The notes under the pieces were generated by a model. That model had not been told where the DNA came from. It saw only the letters and a list, made by a program, of their open reading frames with translations, and ran no database searches. A program made the position numbers and the translations under genes. Positions 55,032 through 64,000 of a stretch of 64,000 bases of DNA are shown piece after piece. The stretch lies in contig CAWIMJ010000050.1 of assembly GCA_963837175.1 (NCBI GenBank), positions 160,001 through 224,000 of the forward strand, given 5' to 3'. This stretch comes from an uncultured Nitrososphaeraceae archaeon (GTDB lineage Archaea > Thermoproteota > Nitrososphaeria > Nitrososphaerales > Nitrososphaeraceae). Position 1 is the first letter of the stretch. Every line of letters starts with the position of its first letter.

Positions 55032-55571
55032 ATGTACAGAAAACTCACAAGACAAGAGCTAACAACATTAAAAAGAGCATTTGACAAATGGGGAGTTTTT
55101 GATTTCTTTAAAGATAGATCTATTTTAATAAATGAGATAAAAACTTTCAATATTCGCGAAGTTCACTTTTTGTCAAATGAGATGGAAAAGATAGCTCTGT
55201 GGAAGCAACCGTCATATGCTGGCTTACTGATTGGCGAGTTAAAAAAAAGCTTTTCACTTTCAATGCAAGGAGCAGATCTTATTTCTAAAGTTTCTAAACA
55301 ATTTCCATATATAATCGTCAATGAAACTGCAGAAAAATCTATCTTATATGGGAAAAATGTGTACAGTAAGTCAATTATATCCACTTCGGGCGCAATAAAC
55401 GAAAATCAAGTTGTGATTATTTTAAACCAGAAACAAGAGGCAATAGCTATAGGTAAAACAAGATTTGGTATTAACTTTTTATTGCAAAATGATAAAATTG
55501 CAGTTACTACTATGACTGACGCTGGCTTATATTTACGCAGCGAAGGAAATAAAAGCGGAAAAAGGAAATAG
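55032..55571 (+). CDS. Nip7-like PUA-domain ribosome biogenesis protein
   Basis: AEKSILYGKNV...DAGLYLR; follows the Nop2 homolog. Confidence 0.85.
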   Translation: MYRKLTRQELTTLKRAFDKWGVFDFFKDRSILINEIKTFNIREVHFLSNEMEKIALWKQPSYAGLLIGELKKSFSLSMQGADLISKVSKQFPYIIVNETAEKSILYGKNVYSKSIISTSGAINENQVVIILNQKQEAIAIGKTRFGINFLLQNDKIAVTTMTDAGLYLRSEGNKSGKRK

Positions 55572-55773
55572 AGTAGAAATTATATTAATATTTTTGTAGC
55601 TAAAAAGGAGTAATAAATGTTAGTTAAGCCTCTAAAGATTGCTCTTCAATAAACTAATTAATATATATAAATATATTTATATGTTATTTATCTGTTTAGT
55701 GTATAGCTCAATTCCCCTGAAATACACTACGATATTTGCTTTGACTTCTTATAGATTGTTATAGTTGATTGGT

Positions 55774-56125
55774 TTACAAGTTTGATGAATTTTTTGTATA
55801 ACACTACTTTCAGTCCTGCTTCTACCTTTTTGTGCTTTGAATTTCTTTGAAAGGAGATCTTCTTCACCTATACTCTTTTTAGTGAGGAAAAGACAATCTC
55901 TGTAATCTATCTATCTTCTTTTACCTGTATCCTTTAACTGCTTTCCATACATCCATCATATCTTAGTTTCTTCTTGATAAGCAAGACTTGATCTCTTCTT
56001 AATGGACAGCCCTTGGATGGATCTGGTAGATGCATTCTTCCTTCCTTTCCTTCCTTCCTTCCTTTCTAATACCATTAATAGCTGGTTCAGCATTTATGTT
56101 ATCTAGTATATTGAAGTTTTGGAAT
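55774..56125 (-). mobile_element. IS5-family transposase C-terminal relic
   Basis: Broken frames give NFNILDNINAEPAI, RKNASTRS.GCPLRR, EIVFSSLKRV, EDLLSKKFKAQKVEAGLKVVLY. Confidence 0.78.
56036..56066. repeat. (CTTC/GGAA)n microsatellite inside the IS5 relic
   Basis: cttccttcctttccttccttccttcctttc. Confidence 0.85.
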
Positions 56126-56650
56126 TAATCTTCCTTAAAGAATATTTCCTTCTAATAATTAATTTACGAGTTTTAATATTAATAATAGCATAACAAACCA
56201 ATGAAAAAGTATCTGTCACTCAAATTCAATTTAGACATGGATGTACAATATAAATACAAACATGAATGTTAGAAGATGTTTGAAGTGTAGTCATTAAGGC
56301 TGATGACGATAGAATCGAATTTAAAGAAAGAAATGTTTGATATACGCAAATATTGCAAATCGCAGACAGTGTTAGACTGAGCGTATTATATAACAATAAA
56401 TTAAGCTATGCAAAACATTTCCAACTCATAATAATATTAAAGATTGTATACTATTCATGTTAACTACATATTGTAGCAGATAAGATTAATACAGTACTTG
56501 AAAACCCGTAATAATTAATATTGTAATTATCAACAACAACGTATGTCCCTTTAATCTTGAACTGCAATTATTTATATTATATAAAACCCTTATTTCTAGA
56601 GAACAAAAATTAGTTGACATTTTCAAACCTAATATGAATGGCGCATAAAC

Positions 56651-57583
56651 ATGGAAATTAAGATAGTCACGTCAGTAGCCCCTTATGTTGCAAATAACGC
56701 ATCCCAGGCTGTTGAATTAGCACATGAAGATGGCTTTTCAGGTATTGAACTCAATGAAGATCATTTGCATTGCCTAGTCAGAAGAAAACCAAACTGCCTT
56801 AGACTGATCAAAGATTATAGTACAGATAAACATATGAGTAATTCTATACACAAGACACTTCATAGACCGAGTATTGATTCTAAAAATAAAAATGAGAGGA
56901 ACCATGCAGTTGAATATACATTTAAAACAATAGATTATTTGGAATTGGCAGGGATTTCTAGGTTGGTCTTACACAGTTTTTGTGATTTGCCCTCGTTCTT
57001 TCGATTAAGATCTGAACACGCCAATAGACTAGGATATTACGTTGGAGGTAATGCAGTCAAAATTTACGGAATTCTTGCTCCCGCTTTAAAGGCATATAGA
57101 AAGATAAGACGAGAAAGTTTAAAAGAAAATTTTATGAGTTCGCTTTTTGAAATATCAAAGTATGCTTCAGAGAAAAAAGTAAATGGCAAATCTCTAGAAA
57201 TTGTTTTTGAAGAGCATTTCTCTGATGCGATGGATTATGATTCTATTTCATATGGCAGAGGGAATTTAATCAATGTGATTAGAGGCATTGATACTGCCCA
57301 TCACTTGATTAGAACAGGGAAAAACTCTGACCTTTCAGAAATAGCAGAGCAAATTCACTTTCACGCAGTTGATACAAATGGCGTATTAGATGATCATAGA
57401 ACCCTTGGTAAAGGCAAGGTAAACTTAGAAGGCGCTCTATCTAATATTATAGAAAAAAAATTGACAAATGTTGCAGTACCTGGAAGATGGCACCAGAAAG
57501 AGTGCATTAAAATCCAAGGAAGTATTAAAAACACTAGTAAAGTATTCAGAGAAAAAATTGTACAATTCGTAATAAGTTCATAA
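56651..57583 (+). CDS. Xylose-isomerase-like TIM barrel protein, probable +1 frameshift near 57479
   Basis: GFSGIEL, VFEE, IDTAH, HFHAVD..DDH..LGKG; alternate-frame tail VLEDGTRKSALKSKEVLKTL fits the fold better. Confidence 0.8.
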   Translation: MEIKIVTSVAPYVANNASQAVELAHEDGFSGIELNEDHLHCLVRRKPNCLRLIKDYSTDKHMSNSIHKTLHRPSIDSKNKNERNHAVEYTFKTIDYLELAGISRLVLHSFCDLPSFFRLRSEHANRLGYYVGGNAVKIYGILAPALKAYRKIRRESLKENFMSSLFEISKYASEKKVNGKSLEIVFEEHFSDAMDYDSISYGRGNLINVIRGIDTAHHLIRTGKNSDLSEIAEQIHFHAVDTNGVLDDHRTLGKGKVNLEGALSNIIEKKLTNVAVPGRWHQKECIKIQGSIKNTSKVFREKIVQFVISS

Positions 57584-57882
57584 TGTCATTGCTTACATCA
57601 AAGTAATACAATTACATTTTAGCTGATTAATATAGGATTGCTCTATATCCTAAGCAGCAGGTTCTTGAATATTTAATTTTTGTCAAACTTCCTGAAGGAT
57701 TATGGATACAATTGCAGAATCAATTTGTCATATTCGTAGCTATACTAGCCTAAACAATAATAATGAAGTATTTTTCTATATCCAATACAATAACTTATTG
57801 CGTTCTTTTTTTGAAGATTATTATCTAGACTAGTGCAGCAAACTAAAATTATTGTAATTAATATTAAACTAGAGATTTTTCA

Positions 57883-58503
57883 TTATGTTAATAGAATAAG
57901 AGTTGAATAGCCTCTGCTTTCAGTTGCATACTCTCCTGTGGTCTCTTCAATAACTACTGTTATGGAAATAAGATCATATTTTTTGCATTCACTGGCATCG
58001 AGGACAATGATATCATCAAGTATGTCTGCGCACTTTAAACTCTCATTACTAATTGAAAAATTCAAAGTAGAACTAGAATTGATTAATAATAGCTGATCTT
58101 TTCTGTAATTACTTATTCGAATGAGTTTTCCCTCTCTGGGGATCGCTTTAATATTCACCTTGACTTTGCCCATAGGATGGGAGGTATAGCGTATCATATT
58201 GTTAACAAAAACTTCAAACTTGAAAGGATAACCTGCAGTATTCTCTGCCATTTTGCTAACCCCGTCATTCATAATTATATCAATTTTTTTGATAGTATCA
58301 CCATATTTAACAATCCACTGATTTGTGGTTCTAACAATACTATCTATAATACCTTTTCTTGTCTTATTTTCTTCTTGAAGTAATTCATATCTGTCTACCC
58401 AATCCTTGTAATCCCTGCTAATATCACTTATAAATTCTGTACATGTATTCTGGTAATCTTCTATACTGCTAGCTCTTTCAGAATCTGTGTCCGAAGCAAA
58501 CAT
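57883..58503 (-). CDS. Hypothetical protein
   Basis: 206-aa ATG ORF; helical N-half, beta-rich C-half. Confidence 0.75.
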   Translation of the reverse strand: MFASDTDSERASSIEDYQNTCTEFISDISRDYKDWVDRYELLQEENKTRKGIIDSIVRTTNQWIVKYGDTIKKIDIIMNDGVSKMAENTAGYPFKFEVFVNNMIRYTSHPMGKVKVNIKAIPREGKLIRISNYRKDQLLLINSSSTLNFSISNESLKCADILDDIIVLDASECKKYDLISITVVIEETTGEYATESRGYSTLILLT

Positions 58504-58576
58504 AAAATGAACTTCTAGAAACTGGCATAAAAAGATGAATTATAGATTAGTAAATATATAATTCTAATAATAGCTA

Positions 58577-59056
58577 GTGCACAGAATGGTACTCCTATCC
58601 AAATTAATTGAAGAATTAAGAGATAATATTGATCACAATAAAAACCTTTTAAAAATGATTTTAAAGAAGAATCCCAATTTGCTGTACCAAAAAATCAATG
58701 AGATCTCGCTTTTTACAGGATCAAGATATAATGTAAATTTGCAATTACATTTTCCAGATTCAAAAAAAATTTCTGATATTGAATCTTATGGAGAAGAAAA
58801 TATAGGAATAGTAATAGATAAATTCCGTAGGAGATTTCCTATTAATCGCGAGAATATAAAATTGAAAGCAATAGAATTAATGGGAGATATCGAAGCTAAG
58901 GATGCCTATATGTATGAAGGTAAGGAAGGAGTCAAGATTATATTTGAAAAAGGTAGGATAGAGGTACTGCCTGGCTCTTGTCATTTCTGGTGTAAAATAG
59001 ATGAACGCGTAAAGTGCTACGGCGACTGGTTAATGAGTAATGTTTATCTTCAATAG
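58577..59056 (+). CDS. Hypothetical protein
   Basis: 159-aa ORF, divergent from the previous gene. Confidence 0.75.
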   Translation: MHRMVLLSKLIEELRDNIDHNKNLLKMILKKNPNLLYQKINEISLFTGSRYNVNLQLHFPDSKKISDIESYGEENIGIVIDKFRRRFPINRENIKLKAIELMGDIEAKDAYMYEGKEGVKIIFEKGRIEVLPGSCHFWCKIDERVKCYGDWLMSNVYLQ

Positions 59057-59107
59057 AATGCAGATGAGCAGGCATAATACAGGCTTAAATTGTAGCTGAA
59101 TATTATA

Positions 59108-59800
59108 TTATAATTTCATACCAACCAGTCCATATTTATACAAAATTTCACCTTCGGAGTTGTAAACTTCTGCCTTCACAGGCAAAGGCACTTCAGGAGT
59201 TAGCCAAATTTTACTTGTTTTTGAACCTATTTTATATCCAATAACGAAGGCTTCAAAATTTCCAGCACCTGTCTTAATATTTTCTTTATCTATGACTTTT
59301 ATAGGTACTGATGACACACCTACTAAAATCGTATCCCAAGGGGCACCTATAACCAAGTATTTTGGTTCTCTGGCGATATCTCTTATTGACAAAATCGAGT
59401 TCTCTATGAGTTTAAAATATTGCTTAAATTCATCTTTTACTGAATTCTTTTGAATTAATTGCTGTTTTGAAAGAAAAACAGTAGCATCTTTGGTTGATGT
59501 ACCATTGATTACGTGGAAATTTGTTTTCCAATAATCACTAGTATATTTAGAAAATTTGATTGATATATGCGCATCGACAAGTGAATTAATGGAATCAGTT
59601 GTTGTCAAAGTGTAATTTAATTCTGTTCCATCATTGATCTTTTGACCAATTCTCCAAAGATCCGCATCAGTCGGCGGATTAGTAATGGAGGCACCTGGTG
59701 CTGAAAAACCGCCCCCTCTAGCAATAATAATTACACTTACTGCTATACCAACTAGAGAGAAAATTCCTGTCATTAAAAAAACCATTTGTCTAGGAGACAC
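59108..59800 (-). CDS. Membrane-anchored exported protein (paralog of the 59961-61046 N-domain)
   Basis: N-terminal TM; W.IG...G..L.Y and SKIW..EVPLPVKA shared with the neighbour. Confidence 0.8.
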   Translation of the reverse strand: MSPRQMVFLMTGIFSLVGIAVSVIIIARGGGFSAPGASITNPPTDADLWRIGQKINDGTELNYTLTTTDSINSLVDAHISIKFSKYTSDYWKTNFHVINGTSTKDATVFLSKQQLIQKNSVKDEFKQYFKLIENSILSIRDIAREPKYLVIGAPWDTILVGVSSVPIKVIDKENIKTGAGNFEAFVIGYKIGSKTSKIWLTPEVPLPVKAEVYNSEGEILYKYGLVGMKL

Positions 59801-59960
59801 TTATCTTGACTGAGAATTGTGGATTATTTAAGCGTAAAGAAAAAAGAATTTTAGACATCTATCCTTGTCTCTTACAGATAATACTAACCTGTTGGCGTTA
59901 CTATAAGGATCGATATTCCAATGATTGTTGCCGTTATTGTCGCTGCGGGCTTATTTGATA

Positions 59961-61046
59961 TTAAGGCGCTACGCCAATATCAAAATCGGCATTTTCTACA
60001 AATCCTCCTAGATTGCGACTTTCAACACTGTTTATAGAAACTTCAACTTTGGCAGGACCAGTACTGTTGAATTTGATCGGTTGAACTGCGCCAGTACCAG
60101 TCTCGGCGAACAGATTCTTAAGATCTAAGAGTGCAGTGCCATTCGAATTTGATATCTTGAAATCGTAACTGACCCCACTAAGTGGAAATTGAGTGTCATC
60201 TAGAAATTCAATATTAAATCTGGTTTCATTTCCAACACGTATTGCTTCCGGTTCCCAGTTCAGCCGAATATAATACGTTCCACGTGGTGTACGTTCTGTC
60301 AAGGGGGGTTTGACTACAAGACTTTCTCCTGCTGGCTTGGGTGGTTCACCTTGCCCAGTTGCTAACAAATTGAATTCAAATTGAACGCGCGGACTTCCTG
60401 TTGTTACATCTACAAATGTTTTTGCTTTTACAGGATATGGGAATTCGTTAAGAATCCATATATCGCTATCTACTGACTTATGATATCTTATTATAGTAGT
60501 GTCTATTGGTTTTGGAAACGAAGGTAGGGTTATCTTTGCTGTACCAGAGGGTTTGATTTCTGAACCTCCTATCGATCCGATTTTGCCCCATGAAGCTGAG
60601 CTTAATGATTGACCAGGAAAAGGAACATAGGCTGACAGCCATTTTAATGAATTAGTGTATGCGCTTCTATATTTTGTCATTTCAGGGGGGATTTCAGATG
60701 TTCCCAGAGCAGTTAAATCTAGAGCACTTAGTTTAAAGGTACCGGAAATAACTCTACCTTCGTCGACTACGAATACGGGAGCAATCCAATTACCTTTATC
60801 ATCCTTTTCTTTGAAATAAATTGTCATATCGAATGGTCGACCATTGTTAGTATCGAGCTCTCGAATATTGTACTTTACATACATACCTTTTTTTGCTCCT
60901 TCTCCTACATACCAGTTGTTATCAGCCGCATATGCATTTTTTACTTTGAAATTCGTTGCTATGTATATCGCAGAGGAAATAAGCAGAGCTCCTATAATGA
61001 GGCGATTTAAATTATTGCTAATTTCAGATCTACTGCCAGTTGCCAT
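59961..61046 (-). CDS. Secreted two-domain protein with C-terminal Ig-like domain
   Basis: Signal peptide ending AYA; WYVGEG..., DIWI..EFPYPVKA; beta-sandwich C-domain. Confidence 0.85.
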   Translation of the reverse strand: MATGSRSEISNNLNRLIIGALLISSAIYIATNFKVKNAYAADNNWYVGEGAKKGMYVKYNIRELDTNNGRPFDMTIYFKEKDDKGNWIAPVFVVDEGRVISGTFKLSALDLTALGTSEIPPEMTKYRSAYTNSLKWLSAYVPFPGQSLSSASWGKIGSIGGSEIKPSGTAKITLPSFPKPIDTTIIRYHKSVDSDIWILNEFPYPVKAKTFVDVTTGSPRVQFEFNLLATGQGEPPKPAGESLVVKPPLTERTPRGTYYIRLNWEPEAIRVGNETRFNIEFLDDTQFPLSGVSYDFKISNSNGTALLDLKNLFAETGTGAVQPIKFNSTGPAKVEVSINSVESRNLGGFVENADFDIGVAP

Positions 61047-61158
61047 AATTATAATAGAATATATGGAATTGATAAATGTTTACAGCTTGGCAACAATAAT
61101 GCCTGAGAGACAGTGTATCTGCAAACAAATAAGTAAGAGATCAAGATAATACATTATC

Positions 61159-61323
61159 GTGTGTAACTGTCCAAAAGTCCACTTTTATGAGGTTGATTTT
61201 AAATTGGCAGGTATGCGAGTTATGCCCACTCATAAGAATTGCGGAGATTCTCTAAACGAAGACCAGTCTTCGAAATTCGAAAAAGAATTAATAAAATACT
61301 GGGGTTTTGAAGAAAAAGGTTGA
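61159..61323 (+). CDS. 54-aa CxC/HxxC microprotein (not in ORF track)
   Basis: MCNCPKVHFYEVDFKLAGMRVMPTHKNCGDSLNEDQSSKFEKELIKYWGFEEKG* from GTG. Confidence 0.7.
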   Translation: MCNCPKVHFYEVDFKLAGMRVMPTHKNCGDSLNEDQSSKFEKELIKYWGFEEKG

Positions 61324-61449
61324 TTCGTGAGCGACGCTACATCTCTTTATAAATAAAATTGATAAATAGTTTAAATTCATGCCTTATATGCGGTTTGCAG
61401 CCGAGTCAACTTTATTAATGACTACGGTAAATCCCGTTCAGGTGATTGG

Positions 61450-61704
61450 ATGAGCAAAATGCTAAATGTAAACATTGATACTGCCGGGGTAGATCAAAAC
61501 GAAGCGAAAGAATGGGTTAACGAAATGGCAAACGTTTATGCCGACATGGAAATTGAAGATGTTAATGTCTCTGGAAATAAAATTTCGTTCAAAGCAGGAA
61601 TGCAAGGAATGGATGATACAGACCCAGATGACGTCAAGATGAAAATTGAAGAATATCTGACCATGAACGAAGCATTCGAGGCTAAAAACGTCTCTGTCAA
61701 ATAA
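61450..61704 (+). CDS. Small acidic hypothetical protein
   Basis: GGTGA Shine-Dalgarno at 61441; T-rich tract downstream. Confidence 0.85.
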   Translation: MSKMLNVNIDTAGVDQNEAKEWVNEMANVYADMEIEDVNVSGNKISFKAGMQGMDDTDPDDVKMKIEEYLTMNEAFEAKNVSVK

Positions 61705-61824
61705 CCACAGGAAAACATTTAATTTTTTTGTCATTTTATGTCCAAAGAACATTGCTAACGAATCATGATTAGTCATTACACAGATTTAAATACGACATAA
61801 ACGAGGTATCTGTGGTTATTAGTT

Positions 61825-62079
61825 ATGACGTGTAAAGGTATATGCGTTCGTCACAAGGCACAAAAGCCGGTAGGATCTGGCCGATATGCTAGTGGACAAA
61901 AGCGCTGTCAGATTTGTGAAATTTTCATTAAATGGGATGGATTATGGTGTCCGTGCTGCGGATATAGATTGAGAACAAAACCACGCAATCTAAAATATAA
62001 GGCAAAATTAAGAGCAAGGAATAAAAAATTAGAGCCTATTACTCCTACTGTAATAGTACCGATAATTTTTTCAAGATAG
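61825..62079 (+). CDS. Basic Cys-rich Zn-finger protein
   Basis: CKGIC, CQIC, CPCCG; TTTAAATA upstream. Confidence 0.85.
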   Translation: MTCKGICVRHKAQKPVGSGRYASGQKRCQICEIFIKWDGLWCPCCGYRLRTKPRNLKYKAKLRARNKKLEPITPTVIVPIIFSR

Positions 62080-62947
62080 TTTTACTTGTGTTTACAAGGT
62101 TGCCCTGCAACCTTTCGAGTTGCTGCATGTCTTTTGTCAAGTCCATAGATATCTGTATCAACTTTATATAGGTACTCAAGAATCGGTCATCTTTGTCTGT
62201 TAAACATCTGTACCCCATTTTACCAAGATAATAGTAACAATCCGATACCATACCTTTTTTGAGCAAATGATTCACTTTTATTCTGATCAATTCTTTGTCA
62301 TATTCCATAGAATTTAATTCGCATATACCTTCGATACTTCTCGATATCGTAGATCTAGTAGCTCGTTCTAAGCCTATACATTCCAAGCCTATCTTTATGC
62401 CATCAGCCATATCTTGGTGCTCTGTAGTTATTGTTCTTATCTGGTTTAATTCATGTATGGGCATTGGTTTAATTTCCGATAATGCAAGTATACCCTCCAG
62501 AAGGTCATAGGCAGCTATTTTCAGCCACATTCCTGCTAATACTGAATTCTTCTGAATACTTTTTGTAATTTTATCATGATAAAATAAGGAGTTAATTATT
62601 GATTTTTTTCCAAATCCTCTTAGCACTTTTAGATAATGTTCCACACTATAGATCTTGTTGATCGATAATGATGATAGACTTAACCCATTGTAGCCTTGTA
62701 TTATAATCATATTATATAGATTCAGCATATTTAATGTCGATATTTTTTTTTGAGCAATCAATTCTAGCCCATGATCACCTAGCTGAAAAAATCTATTGCT
62801 CTCAGAATTTCTATTAAAAATAGCGATATCATATTCACAACAATCAAATGACATTTCAGGATTAGTTGCCCGGCATCCGATAAGCCCGACAGGATACCGA
62901 ATATTGTTGTTTATATAATCAACAAGAGCACTAGGTATGCGTTTCAA
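62045..62947 (-). CDS. Hypothetical protein, degenerate nucleotidyltransferase-like N-terminus
   Basis: LIGCRA...CEYDIAIF resembles the GS.A..D.D motif; helical C-domain. Confidence 0.75.
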   Translation of the reverse strand: MKRIPSALVDYINNNIRYPVGLIGCRATNPEMSFDCCEYDIAIFNRNSESNRFFQLGDHGLELIAQKKISTLNMLNLYNMIIIQGYNGLSLSSLSINKIYSVEHYLKVLRGFGKKSIINSLFYHDKITKSIQKNSVLAGMWLKIAAYDLLEGILALSEIKPMPIHELNQIRTITTEHQDMADGIKIGLECIGLERATRSTISRSIEGICELNSMEYDKELIRIKVNHLLKKGMVSDCYYYLGKMGYRCLTDKDDRFLSTYIKLIQISMDLTKDMQQLERLQGNLVNTSKTILKKLSVLLQ

Positions 62948-63116
62948 TATTATAAAAGGCTAATATGAACAGTTATTGACAAACATTGTAAGGAAGAGTT
63001 TACAAATAACTTAGAATAATTTCGAATACATCTAACTTTGCGATACTTACAAGGGGTTTGAATACAAGATAAGTTTTATAAAGTTTTATATGAAGAACGA
63101 AATTGATTGTGCTTGA

Positions 63117-63192
63117 GCTCCGGTGGTGTAGTCCGGTTAAGCATTTCGCCCTCTCAAGGCGACGATCCCGGGTTCAAATCCCGGCCGGAGCA
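63117..63192 (+). tRNA. tRNA-Glu(CTC)
   Basis: GCTCCGG/CCGGAGC acceptor stem, TCGCC-CT-CTC-AA-GGCGA, TTCAAAT. Confidence 0.96.
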
Positions 63193-63754
63193 TTTAATTT
63201 CATTCTGCAGGATTCGGTAGTCCGGTAATTCTCTTCATCTGTTCTGGCCTACCAACCAGAATAATAGGGGGACTATCAATATCGTCATTATCCTACAGTC
63301 ATACTTAAATACATACGGAGTGATAAAATTGTTCTCTATTCGAGTTTTCTAGGGAGATATAAATAACCATAAGTTAATGAACTATTATGTAAGAATAAGT
63401 AAGTGATAGCAAAATTATAGATTATAATTATTCCCTTCGATCTTTTAGTAAAAATAGTACTACTATTGTTAAGAGGTGGATGTTGATTATAGATCTTTTT
63501 CTAAAATTGCTCCGCTATTGGTACTTTCATCTATAAATTCAATTGTAGATCGACCACTAAGAATTGATGATGTCAGTCCTATATGTTTGGACATGCTGCT
63601 ACTAAATTCACTTGTAAACAATAAAATGCACTCGATTATATACAGGACCTAGTTTTCTAGTGTTTGACAATTACAATTCAGTTTGTCAGGCTCTAGTGCT
63701 AAAAAAAGCACAGCTTATGCATGTCATTTATTAAGGAATCATAAATGATAATAA

Positions 63755-63901
63755 TTATTCTATAATATGGGCGCTATGATAACCTGATTTGCATTTAGGA
63801 CACATTGAATGAACACCAATACATTCTATACAATAGTCGCTTGCTAACAGGAATTCAGATTCTTCTCCTGTGTAAAAACAGCTTTCACAAAATCTTCTCA
63901 T
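63755..63901 (-). CDS. 48-aa triple-CxxC microprotein (not in ORF track)
   Basis: MRRFCESCFYTGEESEFLLASDYCIECIGVHSMCPKCKSGYHSAHIIE*. Confidence 0.65.
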   Translation of the reverse strand: MRRFCESCFYTGEESEFLLASDYCIECIGVHSMCPKCKSGYHSAHIIE

Positions 63902-64000
63902 TCGTAAATCCAATTAGTCAGATAAATTCAGACCATTATTAATCTTTTTCAGAGATATGTGTGGGTTATGCGTAGAGTACTTGGATGAAAGACTAATCCG

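Noticed and set aside
63193-63750. Integrated element at tRNA-Glu
   Set aside because: Only decayed, ORF-poor sequence; no integrase or att repeat inside the window
1-64000. CRISPR array, rRNA, integrase or intact IS
   Set aside because: No regularly spaced repeats, no long GC-rich RNA gene and no intact transposase/integrase ORF seen

Overview
AT-rich chromosomal window of an ammonia-oxidising archaeon (Nitrososphaerota, most likely a soil Nitrososphaeraceae member). This is inferred from the ADP-forming 3-hydroxypropionyl-CoA synthetase, archaeal DnaG, RibK/RibL, CofE, DPSL, TFB, a blue-copper protein and many small Zn-finger proteins. It is mostly core genes (pit/DUF47, gdhA, trpS, pheST, leuCD-type, UbiD, UbiE, rhodanese, GT2, Nop2/Nip7) plus three tRNAs (Ala-TGC with an intron, Gly-GCC, Glu-CTC), a TFB pseudogene, and IS6 and IS5 transposase relics. 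No CRISPR array, rRNA or intact mobile element was seen. Main points for follow-up: (1) a translationally coupled wHTH-coil-wHTH plus AAA+ ATPase/degenerate-nuclease gene pair of unknown function; (2) a ~580-bp near-identical duplication that puts the same zinc-less 7Fe ferredoxin behind two unrelated N-terminal domains; (3) a GC-rich structured intergenic element preceded by a perfect 19-bp palindrome whose core recurs at the DPSL promoter; (4) five of six +1 frameshifts in otherwise intact genes lie in or within 4 nt of AGCT, which suggests methylation-driven base-calling errors rather than real pseudogenes. All family assignments are from motif recognition; no database searches were run.
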